This document shows, in pieces, positions 36,250 to 49,808 of a DNA stretch of 64,000 bases. The DNA is from Eledone cirrhosa (lineage: Eukaryota). A program made the translations under genes and the position numbers. Position 1 is the stretch's first letter. Each line of letters opens with the position of its first letter. The notes beneath the pieces were generated by a model. That model saw only the letters and a list, made by a program, of their open reading frames with translations. It did no database searches and was not told the DNA's origin. The stretch covers positions 293,384,001-293,448,000 of the forward strand of contig OZ024740.1 in the NCBI GenBank assembly GCA_964016885.1, given 5' to 3'.

Positions 36250-37755
36250 TATATCATAATCATCATCATCATCAACGTTTAACGTCCGTGTTCCACGCTT
36301 GCATGGGTTTGGACGGGGGTTTCCCACTTGAGGCAAGAGTGATTGTCTTGCTCGCATAGGACTGTCTGGCGGGTTTTCTACAGCTGGATGCCCTTCCTAA
36401 CACCAACCACATTTACAGTGTGGGGCTGGGAGATTTTTACCGTGTTGCCTACACGGCCACATTACAGCGTGGACTGTGTGTTTTTTGTCGTGACACCTAC
36501 ACGATCTCATTTGTTTCGGCCTGGATGTTGTGGCACCAACATTACTTTACATTGAAAGGGGCGGTGTGGATGGGGTGGGGGGACGGGGGTGTATTTTGTT
36601 AGAGATGCCTACTGACTGTAGTAGGTTTTACTTTGTATTTAGGTAAGGCGGGTCTTCTCTATTACTGAGTACCGCCAAAGGTCTCGGTCCAGTGACATTG
36701 TCTTGGAGAGGTGTAAGTGTGTGAGGTCGGAATTTATCAGCTCGTCCCTGGTTTTTCTGGGTCTGCCTACTCCGTAGCTACCGTCTATCTTTATTGCCCT
36801 GCACTTTGTTATACAGCTGTCATCTTTCATGTGCATCACGTGACCATACCAACGTAGCCTTCTCTCGAGTAAACAACATCTGATCCCTCTTATTTCTAAT
36901 TTTTTCCTTAGTTCGCTTATGCTTTGCCGTTCACGTATGTTACTATTACACATCCAGCGGAGCATGCAAGCTTCGTTCCTCTCTAGTCTGCGTATATCCT
37001 CTGCACACAATGCCCAGGTCTCACTGCCATGCAACATAGCTGTTCGTATGCAGGCATCATACAACCTGCCTTTCATTTTTAGGGAGAACCCTTTAGCGGC
37101 TAATAGTGGTATAAGCTCTCTGACCTTTTTCCATCCAGTTCTGACTCTAGCTACTGTACTTTCAGAGCACCCTCCCCCACTGCTGATTTTGTCACCCAGG
37201 TAACGGAAGCTGTCCACTATTTCTATAGAACCCTCTGCGCAGTTGAAAGAGCTAGTATTTTGTGGGCACTTGCTGCTACTTATTGCACCAGAGCACCGGC
37301 CACATGTAAAATCTATGTTCTTAGTTAGCTTAGCTGTGATCCCACTACATCTTTTATGCACCCATACTTTGCATTTGAGACATAAAATGGAGTTTCTACC
37401 TACGCCTTTCCTACACACTGAGCATGGCCATTTCCCGGAAGGGACCGGCGCCTTATTTTCTTTCCTACAATCTAGAACTAGTCTTAGCCAGGTTAATTTT
37501 AAGCCCTTTTGATTCTAGGCCATGCTTCCATGTTTGGAATTTCTTCTCTAGCTCGGCCATTGATTCAGCTATGAGCGTTAGATCATCTGCGTATAGGAGT
37601 TCCCATGGGCAGCCGGTCTTGAACTCCACTGTTATAGCCTGAAGGGCAATAATAAATAGTAGGGGGCTAAGAATAGAGCCCTGATGTACACCAACTTTTA
37701 CACTAAACTCTTCACTATATTCGTTGTTAATTCTAACCTTGCTGACTGTTTCTTT
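36250..37755 (-). mobile_element. RTE LINE family A, 5'-truncated
   Basis: Near-identical to 34165-35573; includes GVHQGSILSPLLF and YADD. Confidence 0.93.
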
Positions 37756-37771
37756 ATATATATATATATAT

Positions 37772-38243
37772 AGAAGTCGATGGAAACCGTGGAGCGGGGA
37801 GACCCAAGATGACCTGGAATGAGGTGATAAAAGCCGACCTTACCCAATTACACCTCTCAAAGGCGATGACACACGACCGTGACCTCTGGCGTCACGCAGT
37901 AATACAGAGTACCCGACCTCCCATGGGTACAAGCTGAAGCATATAGACAATATGCCCCCACACCCCCCACCGCAAGGTGGTCGTGGAGGTGCCATGGCAA
38001 AAAAGCACCCAGCCCACACTGTAAAGTGGACGTGTAGGCGCCACGAAAAAGCACCCAGCACTCACTGTAAATGAGGTTGGTGTTAGGAAGGGCATCCAGC
38101 TGTAGAAAGCAAGCCAAATCAGTTCCTGTATGAGCAAGGCATGGTCAGCCGACCAGACACTGCCCACAACAGGACAACCCGTCTAACCCATGCTAGCATG
38201 GAAGAACGGACGTAAAACGGTGATGATGATGATGATGATGATA
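37772..38243 (+). mobile_element. Related RTE LINE 3' end
   Basis: GRGRPKMTWNEVIKADL; 3' UTR with internal tandem units and a (GAT)n tail. Confidence 0.75.
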
Positions 38244-38635
38244 TATTGTTTTGCAAGGTTTTTTATATGAAATCATGTGTTGAAACATATATTCTTATAT
38301 TTGGGAAGGATCATGTTAAATATTGCTAGAAAAATATAGTAAAACCACTCTTTGATTTGAGTTGGTTTTTGCTTCAATATATATGTATTTTATATATATA
38401 TTTCTATAATTTATTCAGTTGGCAATCAATGTTTATCATTGATTGACCTGTAATTTAAAAAATATAAATATAAATATAAATATATAGAAACTATATCTAT
38501 ATTAATATTTTTTTAACTGTTTGTCAATCAATGATAAACATTGATTGCCAACTGAATTAATCATAGAAATATATAAAAAAGATAAATATACTGAAGTGAA
38601 AACCGACCCAACCATACGAGTATTTTACTATATAT
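38244..38635. mobile_element. Degenerate PLE terminal fragment with fold-back (family of 21525-24270)
   Basis: ggcaatcaatgtttatcattgattgac (38421) and its inverted copy (38523-38549); terminus matches 8915-8955 and 21045-21085. Confidence 0.65.
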
Positions 38636-41600
38636 AGCTGGTGTTTGAGTGTGTTTATGTGGTCAAGTCAATGGCTAGTGAGTGAAGAATTGTTGCTATG
38701 AAGTATTACCATAGTTGATGAAACCAGTAGTTGTAATAGCTTGGTGTAGCACTGATATTGTCATGGAGAAGACAATTTTCCTAAATTTCAATATATATTT
38801 ACAAATGAACTAGACACCGCCAATTTTTATGTTCTTATTAGTTGCATGATCTACTCTCATATCATGTTCAGTAATGAACAAATGAAAAGTTCTTTCATTA
38901 TGGTACCATAAATGTTTGTGATGTGTGTAGGTTGGTATCAGTGTGTGTGTGTAAGTAAGAAACTCCTTTCCAGAAATAACTTCTGGAAAGAAGAAATGTG
39001 TGACATGTAGGTTGGTTGGCTGTGTATTTGAATGTAGAAACTAAATATAATGAATTCTGCATTTCTTCGTTGAAGTTGGTATGTCTGACCAGAACAGCTG
39101 ACCACATACTCTAGGGTCCTAAATAATAGGACGGGGTTGGAATAAGCATGGTAATTTTTCTAGGCTGTCTCCGATGTTTTAAAAACCAAAATTTCACTTG
39201 AGATAGATTAGCAAAATTTGATAAGCGGGGAGGGGAGGAATGAGAGAGGGGGAGTTGGAAAAAAACCTGAAAAATTAATTAACGGGGGTGGGAGATGATT
39301 ATTCGAGACTCAAGAGTTGGTCAGAGCTGCCTGGTCAGCTTGGAAGAGAAAATCTGTCTGTGGCAGAACGAATAAGCAGACTGGGGTTTCAAAATGTTTA
39401 GAATTTATAAGGATGGGTTGCCCAGACACATTAAACTGATGACATTTTATAATTTCCTTTTAAACAGAAGCTGTAAATCTAAACAGCGAAAATGTTAGCT
39501 CAAACAAAGAAATTGATGTCTAAATTTTGCTGACTGAAGTTAAAGGTCACTGGTTGTATATATTTGTCTATTTGAGAACCTTCCGACATTTGTCGTGAGA
39601 TAATGTTAAATTAAAAATAATAATAATTTTTAGTGTTGCACTGCACCCTCTAAAATGGAGGGAGCTGGGGGAACCCTCGGAATTTTCTTTACAGTTTTGT
39701 ATTTTCAACGGATCTTACTTTTAAAATCGTCGGAAGAAAACACAAGAAAAGAAATTCCAACCAAATTAAACTCCGAGATAGCCCCTTCACATCACCGGGG
39801 AAAGTCGATTGTGAGTGAGTTGGATATCAAATTAGTTGAAAACACGCGAAATAAAATCAACAATTTCTCGCCGAACCCCAGCAGCTACTCTTCTATAAAT
39901 TTACCAAAAGATCTCTACCGACACCAGTCGGCACTAATAGACTTTAAAAAATTATTTATTTTAATTATCTTCGTTTTTCATTATAAATGACAAGAAACGA
40001 ACCCCTAACCTAAATAGATTACGTAATGTCTGCGTTTATCTTCCCCCACTCTCACTAATATTTCAAGATTACCGCGATGTTTACAAACATAAGTTAGCTA
40101 TACAACGAATGATCGAGAGGAACGGTCTTCACTGCAGACCGTATCTCCAAGGAAGTGGTCCCCACACTTATCTGGTGTTTACACAGCAAGAGACTCCACC
40201 CATTAACAGTGTTTACTGCTGCCTATATATCTAAGGAAATATATTCTGTAACGTCATGTTTACCCAGCCAGCCAGCTTACCTTGGAATTGACCCACATTT
40301 TTTTTATACTGTCGGTAATGTTAATATTTGAATTTATCTTTCACTATCGCTTTTTCGGCAAAACTAGGTTGGCGTGTCTTTTTTTTTTTTTTTTTTTTTT
40401 TTTTTTCTTCTTTTTTAGCTCTAAATCAACTCTGACCTATCTGGACTATTCCATATTTTTAGGACCTATGTAAGATTGCATAATTCAATTTATTTTTTTT
40501 TGTAAGACAATATCGGGGCGTGAATTTGACTGTTATTTCTTGCATTTCTTGCGACCGCATCGTCTCTCATTGACTAGGGCTTCATAGAACTGATCTACAC
40601 TAAATAGGCATTCGATCAAACAGCCTTTTTAGAAACATATGCAACTTCATGCAACAGCGTGTTTTTGTTTTGTGTTTAGTATCATTTATGGCAAATTAGG
40701 CCCCTATTTGTGGGACGGCTACAATAAAGACCGCTTTGTTGAATAGATGTACACTATTAGATTTAGTTTACACATATGGTTCAGTGTCAAAAACTCTTTT
40801 GTTTTGGGTAATTGAAACTCTTTTATATACAACGTGAACACATTTCGTATTTTCTCAAGTCTATGTGTAATCGAAGTTCATTGCATGATTCTACTTGTTT
40901 TACTATGACGTGATTTTAACTGTTTTCTTTGTGTAAATTTGCGTTTTATCATTTCAATTCTTGACTCATTGAGTGTGTAAGTATATTTTTTCAATGAAAC
41001 CTAGTAGTGTAGCGAGATAATACATTTTTGTATCATACAATCTTATATATTTTTCTAGATTTCTGTATATTTGTCACATTATATTTCATTGTGAAGTTTC
41101 TATCTTCCAAATTGAAAATGAGACAACAGTAAATGAAATAATTGTTTCTACTTTTGGCACAAGGCCAGCAATTAACCAGTGCATTACTGGTACTTTATTT
41201 TATCGACCCCATAAGGATGAAAGGCAAAGTTAACCTCGACGGGATTTGAACTCAGACCGTAAGAAATAATGATTTCATATAATATACATTCTTCTTTTAA
41301 TGTTTTATCAGAAGCAAATTAAAATGAATGGGTTCTTCAGAATCTTTAGAACCATTGATTCAAGCTATTGCTACATATAGAAATAGAGAGAAAGTGACGT
41401 TTGATGTAGTATCCTCCACCTTCGACTAACTTACCCTCTGCATCTACTTGTCAAAGAAGTTGATATAATTGTTTCTACTTTTGGCACAAGGCCAGCAATT
41501 ACCCAGTGCAACCTCGGCGGGATTTGAACTCAGATCGTAAAGGGACGTAACTATGCTGGAAAGCATGGCGTCCGACCCTCTACCGATACTGCCAATCCAG

Positions 41601-43611
41601 CAAGTTGATATAATCTTCAGTTATTTCGCCCTCGCATCTTTCATCAAATCATCTAATAGTCTTCTATGCGACTTTATTAAAAATGCAAAACGCATATTTA
41701 GTTCGTGAATTTGTTGTGTTTATCCTGTGAATGTTCAACTCTGATAAATTATCAAATTACCGAAGGAATCTAATTAAAAGAAACTTAATGTTCGTCGATG
41801 CATCATTGTTTTCATGTTAAAACACTGAGCTGAGTGTACGACAGTTCTCTGCTAGAGCGAATGTTCGGTTTATACATCTCGAAACCTTCTATACGTTTGT
41901 ATGCACTAATATCGAACCATTAAGGGCGATTAGTTGTATATACGAGGGTGTCCTGCACAGTTTCTGTCTATTGAATGTCATTCTCAACGCATTTGTCAAC
42001 TTGTCAACCTAACGATATTGATAAAAGACCGTTGGCCGAAGTGTCGTACGTTGTGGTCAAACGGAAAATGATGTGGTTACTGAGCGAATTTCTTAGCTAC
42101 AACTTAATTCCTCATTGTATATAGACTCCCCGGTTTCATCTAATATATTCATGAGATTGACATTCGTCTAGTGGATTTCGTTGTTTAGACCAGGTCAGGA
42201 CTGATCAAAAGGCATTTTATCAAAATCCACTCTTATCATTTCTTCAAGCGACATCCAACAATAGTGTACATTTGGCTGCTATTTCTAACAGGTCGAACGA
42301 ATAATACTGATTCCTTTTTTTATATTTTTAAATGTATAACATTTTATTTATTATAAAAATATTGACAATTTGCAGAAGTATATAATTTACAAAAGAAACT
42401 GGACAACAAAAATGAATCGCTCTGCTAGTAATCAAAGTAGAAACCGCAACATGCTGGTTATAAATAGAAATAGTAACATAAATCTAATTAGATTTATATT
42501 TTGCGTAAAGATTCTGAAAATAGATTCAGACATCGTTTCGTAATGTCTATATTAAATAATATGATACATGTATTTAATCAGAAATAAAACAACTGTGATG
42601 TGCGGCTGATTGTCGCACTTCCTGGTGAATTGATGTCCGATTTTTTGTTTTTGTTTCCAATTTTCTTTCTCTCGCTTTGATCGTATATTTTGGTACTTTG
42701 TATTTGTAAGGTTCTTAGCAATAGTTAATTGTATTTGTTATATGTGTTTATATTTTCATTCTGTAAGAATTATAAACCAGTTTTAATGTTATTTATACAA
42801 CTGTGAAGAAAAATATAGCTCTTATTGTTTGAATCAATAATTCAGATTTTGTTATAGAAATGGTTAATTAAATAGAAGAATATCTATATAATTGTTTCTA
42901 CTTTTGGCACAAGGCCAGCAATTCACCAGTGTATTACTGGTACTTTGTTTTATCGACCCCATAAGATCTATATAATAATGGTTATGTGGTGCGGAATGGT
43001 ATTGAACGGTTTAATAATCTTTAGGTGTGTTTGTATGTAGCGGGCTGTATATAAACAACATTCAGGTATTCCATACAGAGTTGTTCCCCATGGTTAAAAG
43101 AAATTCTGTGTTGGGAGTGGAATGCTATTTAAGCATTTACCAGAAAGAAATATTTGTTTCATAATTGTTTGCAATTAATAGCTATTAATAATAGATTTTT
43201 TTATTCGTATCATTGAAAGTGATTCTATTTAGCGCTCAGTGTATTGTCATGTGTCCTAGCAACAAATAAACTTCTAAGAAAAGATAACTGTTTCTACTTT
43301 AGGCACAAGGCCAGCAAAATAATTAGTGCATTACTGGTACTTTATTTTATCGACCCCGTAAGGATGAAAGGCAAAGTCAACCTCGGCGGGATTTGAACTC
43401 AGATTGTAAAGGGACGTAACTATGCTGGCAATCATGGCGTCCGACCCTCTACCGATACTGCCAATCCAATCTTCTAAGAAAAGATAACGAAAAAATAAAC
43501 TATGTATGCATGCACGCACGTAGAGAAATGACTTCTACGGGACTAGAACTGTTACATTCTTATGAAATCATCTGAGAATTTCATTCGAATGAAACATTGT
43601 CGTCATTAGAC

Positions 43612-44200
43612 ATCTATATATCTAAAACAGAGAATGTCTGTCTGTCTGTCCGCTCACTAAAACTGATTGTTTTCAAACTTTACACATGTAAAACTTATGG
43701 TCCTGTGAGTGTTTTGAGCAAGGAAAATTTCAAATTTTCAATGCTCTACGAACCGCATTAGACGATTTAGCGATCTCTCTCTATAACTCTTAGTCTTTCT
43801 CTTTTTAGATAGATACATAGATATAACGTTGCGCCCTTATAATATATGTCTGTATGTCTGGCTGTCTGCATTACGACATTATGACGCTATATGTGTGTGT
43901 GTGTGTGTATATATGTATATATATAGTGTGTAACGGTTTTCGAAATATTTACCTCTGCGTTCACAGATTGATTTTTTTTTTTATTTCAGAAGATCCTGTT
44001 AAGGGTGAAAGCAGCGATTCTTTGCTTAAACTTTAATCTGTTATTTTAATATATATATATAATTATATATTCGTGTACAGATATTTTTGCATACACAATA
44101 ACAAAATATAAACAAACGTATTTATTTCACGAGGCTCGATAAGGATCAAATATATAAGAACCCTAGAGCAAATCCCAAGCAACGCCGGGCCATTCTGCTA
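43612..44200 (-). mobile_element. Second copy of the Helentron-like element with the captured PLE/HHR fragment
   Basis: Reverse-complement homolog of 18114-18716 over nearly its full length, including the CAGAAGA HHR. Confidence 0.75.
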
Positions 44201-44358
44201 CACAATAACAATTACAAAATATAAACAAAAGTATTTATTTCGCGATAAAGTATTGGTCGCTCGGAAAAAAACCCTGGTAATCTACGACAAATTTTTTTTA
44301 TAAGCACAAAATGTAGACACCATCCCGGAGCCGAGGTATTCCGTACTTCTCTGTACTG

Positions 44359-44411
<53 letters not shown>

Positions 44412-44449
44412 TATATATACATATATAATTATATATTCATGCACAGATA

Positions 44450-45640
44450 TTTTGGCTAAGTCTACTCTCAGACCTTTTGATTCTAGATTCTGTTTCCATA
44501 GTCAGAACTTATTCTCTAGTTCTTTTATGGATTCAGCTAAAAGGACCAGATCATCTGCATAGAGAAGTTCCCATGGACAGCCAGTTTTAAACTCCTCTGT
44601 TATGGCCTGCATAACTATGATGAACAGCAGTGGACTAAGAACCAAATCATGATTAACTCCTACCTGTAATTTGAATTCCTCACTATATTCACTTCCTACT
44701 CTCACTTTACTGGCAACTTCTCTGTCCTTAAGGACCACCAGATAATAGATCGAGCTACTCTGTCTAAGGTTTCTTTTTTAATCAACAAAAGCTAAATATA
44801 GCAGCTTATTTTTTGGTTAGGAACTTCTCTTGTAGCTACCTAACTAGAAAGAGGGCATCTGTAGTACTTTTCCCAGTCAAGAAAGCAAACTGCATCTTGT
44901 CTAATTTGTCTCTTTCCCTAATTAACTGTACTATAACTCTTTCTGTCACTTTCATAACTTGGTCCATTAGTTTTATTTCTCTATAGTTTTTTTCCCTCTT
45001 GTAGAAATTTATGATTGTACTTCTGCACCAGTCATTGGGTATGACACTGTCCTGTATTACCTGATTGACTTATGCAGGTTACTAGCTCAACTGCTACTTC
45101 TCCCGATGCATTTAGCATCTCAGCCACTATCTCTGGTGGTCTTGCAGCTTTACCATTCTTCATGTCTTTGATTGCTTCTTTGACTCTAAAACTGTCAACT
45201 TAAATAGTTGGTTCCACTCTAGTCTTTCCATGCCTGTCTCTTGACTGTTCCACCACCAGGTCACCCTCTGTCTGGTTGGCGCTTTACTCCAGCCACAAGT
45301 ATCGTCAGTAATGACAAAAGGTTGTCATGCAAGATTTTCTAATTGTCCTCTACATTATATGTATCTAGCTTGTCACCTCTCTCATCAAATGCATCCTGTA
45401 GAGCCTTTCTAAACATATATTAAACTGGAAGGTCCTTTAGCTTCTGTCTTCATATTTTCCTGCATATCTTGTTCTGTCTTATATTTATTCTGATGTCATT
45501 AATAACCAACTTGTGTTGGGTGGTGCATCCTTCTCCAGGGAAGGCCTTAGTATTTATGACATTCTGTGATGCCAACACCATTTCTTTTCCTCTGTGCCTC
45601 ATCTTCTTTCTGCTCTTTCTGTTGAAACGTACCACAGTGG
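44450..45640 (-). mobile_element. Older degenerate RTE LINE (endonuclease end and RT)
   Basis: SKVRVGSEYSEEFKLQVGV...LSPLLFIIVM...ELLYADDL; FPGEGCTTQHKLV. Confidence 0.8.
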
Positions 45641-46024
45641 AAATATATTCACTGGACTTCTACAAATGGAAAGACTCACTGGACAGATTTTATGGGCAAA
45701 ACCAATAGGCAGAAGAGCCAGGGGTCGACCCCTAGCAAGATGGTTGGATAACACCCATGAACTTGACTGGTCTAGTTTGGTGAGCCAGCAGGATCAGTTG
45801 GAAACAGTTGCTTCAGACAGGACCAACTGGAGAGAGTGTTTGAGGACTCTTCCCCAATGACACTCTCTGGGTAAAGAAAAAGACTCTTTTACTAGTTTCT
45901 GTGATTAGACTATGTTTATGTTGATTTATTAGTTAAGATATGTCAGTTGATTTCTAATGATAGATATCTTGAGATAAAAAATATGACTTTCTTACTTTTT
46001 CAGATAACACTTCAAGTGAATGGT

Positions 46025-46211
46025 ATGTTAACTTATATTGTACTGACATCGTCAGTGTGGACAAGTCTCTATTGTTTCGCGTGTTACATATGGAGAAGCA
46101 GGTCATATGAATGGACATGTCGTTCCATAAGTTTGCTACATGCACTGCTGATAATCTCCCTTTCATTCTACTGCACTTTTATTCAAGGTCCATGGCCTTT
46201 TACAGATGCAG
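46025..46211 (+). CDS. TLCD5: TLC domain-containing protein 5 (TMEM136-like), coding exon 1
   Basis: ATG at 46025 downstream of a ttttcag acceptor (46003). Encodes MLTYIVLTSSVWTSLYCFACYIWRSRSYEWTCRSISLLHA...IQGPWPFTDAG, matching the recalled TMEM136 motifs RSYEWSCR and GPWPFT. Donor G|gtaaat at 46211/46212, phase 1. Confidence 0.92.
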
Positions 46212-46630
46212 GTAAATACTTTACATTATTAGTATTTTGTATATATATTAAAAAAATGATTGTTATTATGTCATTTGTAATAATATTATTTTAACTCTTT
46301 TGTTACTGTATTTCTAATGAAATACTTTGTATTTCAATTAATGAAGAATTTACCATGATTTGTTGGATGAACAATTTAAATGTGAGAGAAAGGCAGAGCT
46401 TGGATAAACTTAGGAAAAAGCTGTGTTTAAGAGGAATCCAATGTGGTGTCATAAATTACTGCTTCAAAAAGGGAACCATTCTGTATATGTTTCAGAAAGG
46501 GAAAAGACTGTCATGGGTCTTGCAAGCTAACCCTTATGCTCGAGTCATTATTTGAGATTCAAGAATAACCGGAGCATGAGAAATGTTGTTGTTTAATTAA
46601 TGTCTAAATAATATTAATTAATGATTTCAG

Positions 46631-46726
46631 GTGGACCAAATACCCCGTTACAAGAATTTATTGCAATTATTTCAACCGGATATTTCATCTTTGACTTTTT
46701 ATGGTGTTTATATTTTCAAACTGATG
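46631..46726 (+). CDS. TLCD5: TLCD5/TMEM136-like coding exon 2 (not in ORF track)
   Basis: Acceptor atttcag|, 96-nt exon encoding GPNTPLQEFIAIISTGYFIFDFLWCLYFQTDG (compare PNTPLQ...GYFIFDLGWCVYFQSEG), donor |gtaagt. Phase 1 at both ends. Confidence 0.93.
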
Positions 46727-47364
46727 GTAAGTAAAATATGATTATGTGACTTCCTCAATTTGTAAACTTGTCAAACATCGATATCATTGTTGTTATACAG
46801 TATGGCATGGTATGGTCCCGTAACTCCTCATAGAGTCATAGGGGCATTTTTTAAGCCAGGGATATAGAGGAAGAATCGACTCCAGTACTAGACTGGTACT
46901 TTTTTTATCAACCTCGAAAGGATGAAAGGCAAAGTTGACCTTGGCGAGATTTGAACTCAACAGGATAACTCGTCTAACCCATTCTAGCATGGAAAACTGG
47001 ATGTCAACCAATGATGATAATGATGATGGTGGTATATTTTATTAGAAATATAGTATCAAAAGAGTTAATATAATTGTTTCTACTTTAGGCACAAGGCCAG
47101 CAATTACCCAGTGCATTACTGATACTTTATTTTATCGACCCTGTAAGGATGAAAGGCAAAGTCAACTTCAGCGGGATTTGAATGGTTAATATAATGTTGA
47201 AGATGTTGCCAAAAGACTGACCTGCAAGTGGCCCTGCTAACTTCAGGATCTTTTAGGGAGTCTATACTGAAATAGTTTCCTGCAGCCTACTGCAGCCTGA
47301 ATGGCGTATTTGATTTCAGCACTATGACACTAAAAATGTACACTGCTAGTATATATATACATGC

Positions 47365-47867
47365 ACACATACATACAAAGTCTTAGATCTAGTATATACA
47401 CACACATATACATACATACACAGTCTTAGATCTAGTATATACACACACATATACATACATACACAGTCTTAGATCTAGTATATATACACACAAATACATA
47501 CATACATAGTCTTAGATCTAGTATATATACACACAAATACATACATACACAGTCTTAGATCTAGCATATATATATACACACAAATACATACATACACACT
47601 TAGATCTAGTATATACTCACACAAATACATACATAGTCTTAGATCTAGTATATACACACACAAATACATACATACACAGTCTTAGATCTAGTATATACAC
47701 ACACATATACATACATACACAGTCTTAGATCTAGTATATATACACACAAATACATACATACATAGTCTGATCTAGTATATACTCACACAAATACATACAT
47801 ACACAGTCTTAGATTAGATCTAGTATATACTCACACAATTACATACATACACAGTCTTTAATCTAGT
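47365..47867. repeat. Intronic minisatellite (about 37-41-bp unit, about 13 copies)
   Basis: acacacaaatacatacatacacagtcttagatctagtatat repeated within TLCD5 intron 2. Confidence 0.9.
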
Positions 47868-48212
47868 CATTTGCTAAACATGTATAAAACTGAAATTTCA
47901 AATGTTTCAGTGAGCTAAAACACAGTTGCCTGCTGCCTAAAAATAATAACTTTGCAACAACTTCACTTATATAACAGTTATATGTTTTTTTTAATGGCTA
48001 AAATGGCTATTCCACAATATACTTGATTCAGATCTGACCCTACCATATTAAAAAGGGATGAACACAGGGGAAAATATAACATATGCATGAAAAGAAATGA
48101 CAGTATAGTCACAGTTAGAATACGTTTGATCACAGTTTTACTCAATCTGCTAATAAACCTCAAAATTTTAGTTTTAACTAACTCTTTATTTGTTTTCTTT
48201 CTCTATTTGTAG

Positions 48213-48685
48213 GTCAAACAATGCTGTGCCACCACTTTGTATCAATTGTTGCCCTGGCTATCTGCTTGATCACAAGGTCATATGGCACAGAAATCGTTGC
48301 CACCATCTTTGGATCTGAAATCAGCAATCCTTTATTACAGTGTCGGTGGTTTTTGAAAAGTTCCGGTTACTATGATACAATTATTGCTGATGTTGTTGAT
48401 GTTGCTTTTATTGTTACCTTTACCTTTGTACGCATTGTAGTTGGCAGCTACCTGCTCTCTTGTTACCTATTGATGACACACATACCAATGTTTATGCAGA
48501 TTGCTAGTGTCACTTTTTATATGATCTCTTGGGCATTCTGGATCACAATATTAAAATTTGGCTATCGAAAAGTTTGTCGGAAACATCAACATTTCAAAAG
48601 AAGTATAATGACTGATAAAATGAGTAGTTTAATTCCATCTCTAGAAGATCATTCACCGCCAAGCCCTAAAATACATCAAAATTAA
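48213..48685 (+). CDS. TLCD5: TLCD5/TMEM136-like coding exon 3 to stop
   Basis: Polypyrimidine tract then tag| at 48212. Encodes QTMLCHHFVSIV...GSEISNPLLQCRWFLK...TFTFVRIVVG (TLC HH, E-x-x-N-P and F-x-x-x-R motifs). Spliced CDS 187+96+473=756 nt, in frame, TAA at 48683-48685. Confidence 0.93.
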
Positions 48686-49569
48686 GTAAGAATTTAAAGA
48701 GGTTATGATATATATTTTCAAGTGCCTAACTTTTGTTTTTAGTGAATTAGCTTCTATGAAATTTGCATACTAAAAGCATTAGGTATTTTTTTAGGTGAGG
48801 GAGGTTTAATGACCAACTGATTGAGATGTTAACCATGTATTTATTGAACATCATGGGTGGAAAACTGTTTCTGTATTTTTATAATTTCCTTTGCTTGATA
48901 GCAGCATTTAATTATGGAATTACTACAGTTTAGTAGTCTTGTTTATAAATTATTCCTGACGATCTCTTTCTAGTGCCTTGTCTCCACCTTCTATTTTATT
49001 TCTGCCAATTATTGGGATTAGAATATGTTCCATAATAATTTGATAGCCAATTTTTTTTTATTTTATTAGTATTTCAATTCAATGTACAAAATTTCTGAAT
49101 ATATTTTAAAAGGAGAAAGATTAATCATCAAACAATAGATAATGGCTAGTAACTAATTAGAATTAAATGAGAAAATGAAATGTTAATACATAAGTTAATA
49201 ATTAAAATAATTGTTGTTTTAGTAAAATATAGTAACATTTGTATGTAGATGATTTTGCTTTCAAGATTTTGCTTTCCTAGTGAAGATGGATATTTGCATA
49301 TCTATTAAACTTTGTAACTTAAGTAATGGCAAGTTAACATAAGAATCTCACTCTGTTTAGATACTAAGCCATTTTGGAAACAGAACAATAGAGAAAACAA
49401 TGCCACTTTAGTTCCATTGGTTGCAAAGAGAAATTACTTACCAAAACATTTGTCTCTATAACCATATCAAATATTTGTTTCTTAAACTGCTGTACTTTTC
49501 AATTCTGTATGAAATATCTCCTTATGCATATCAGACACTTGTTTAATATGTTCCATATCATATACATCC

Positions 49570-49808
49570 TCCCTGGCATAGCATATACCTCTTCTATTAC
49601 TTGCTCCCTTACAAAGCATACACGTTTTCTAATTCATGCTCCCTTACAAAGCATACACATTTTCTAATCCATGCTCCCTTACATAGCATATACCTCTTCT
49701 ATTATTTTCTCCCTTACACACCATACATGTTTTCTAATCTATGTTCTCTTACACAGCATACATGTTTTCTAATCCATACTCCCTTACACAGCATACACGT
49801 TTTATAAT
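49570..49808. repeat. Degenerate minisatellite of about 35 bp
   Basis: ctcccttaca-agcatacac-ttttctaat units, about 7 copies. Confidence 0.75.

Noticed and set aside
45947-46294. ORF-track 115-aa protein as a standalone gene
   Set aside because: Only 46025-46211 is exon; the flanks are intron/UTR read-through.
47365-47867. CRISPR-like array of agtcttagatctagtat repeats
   Set aside because: The spacers are near-identical (AC)/(ATAC) sequence, the site is a eukaryotic intron, and there are no cas genes. It is a minisatellite.
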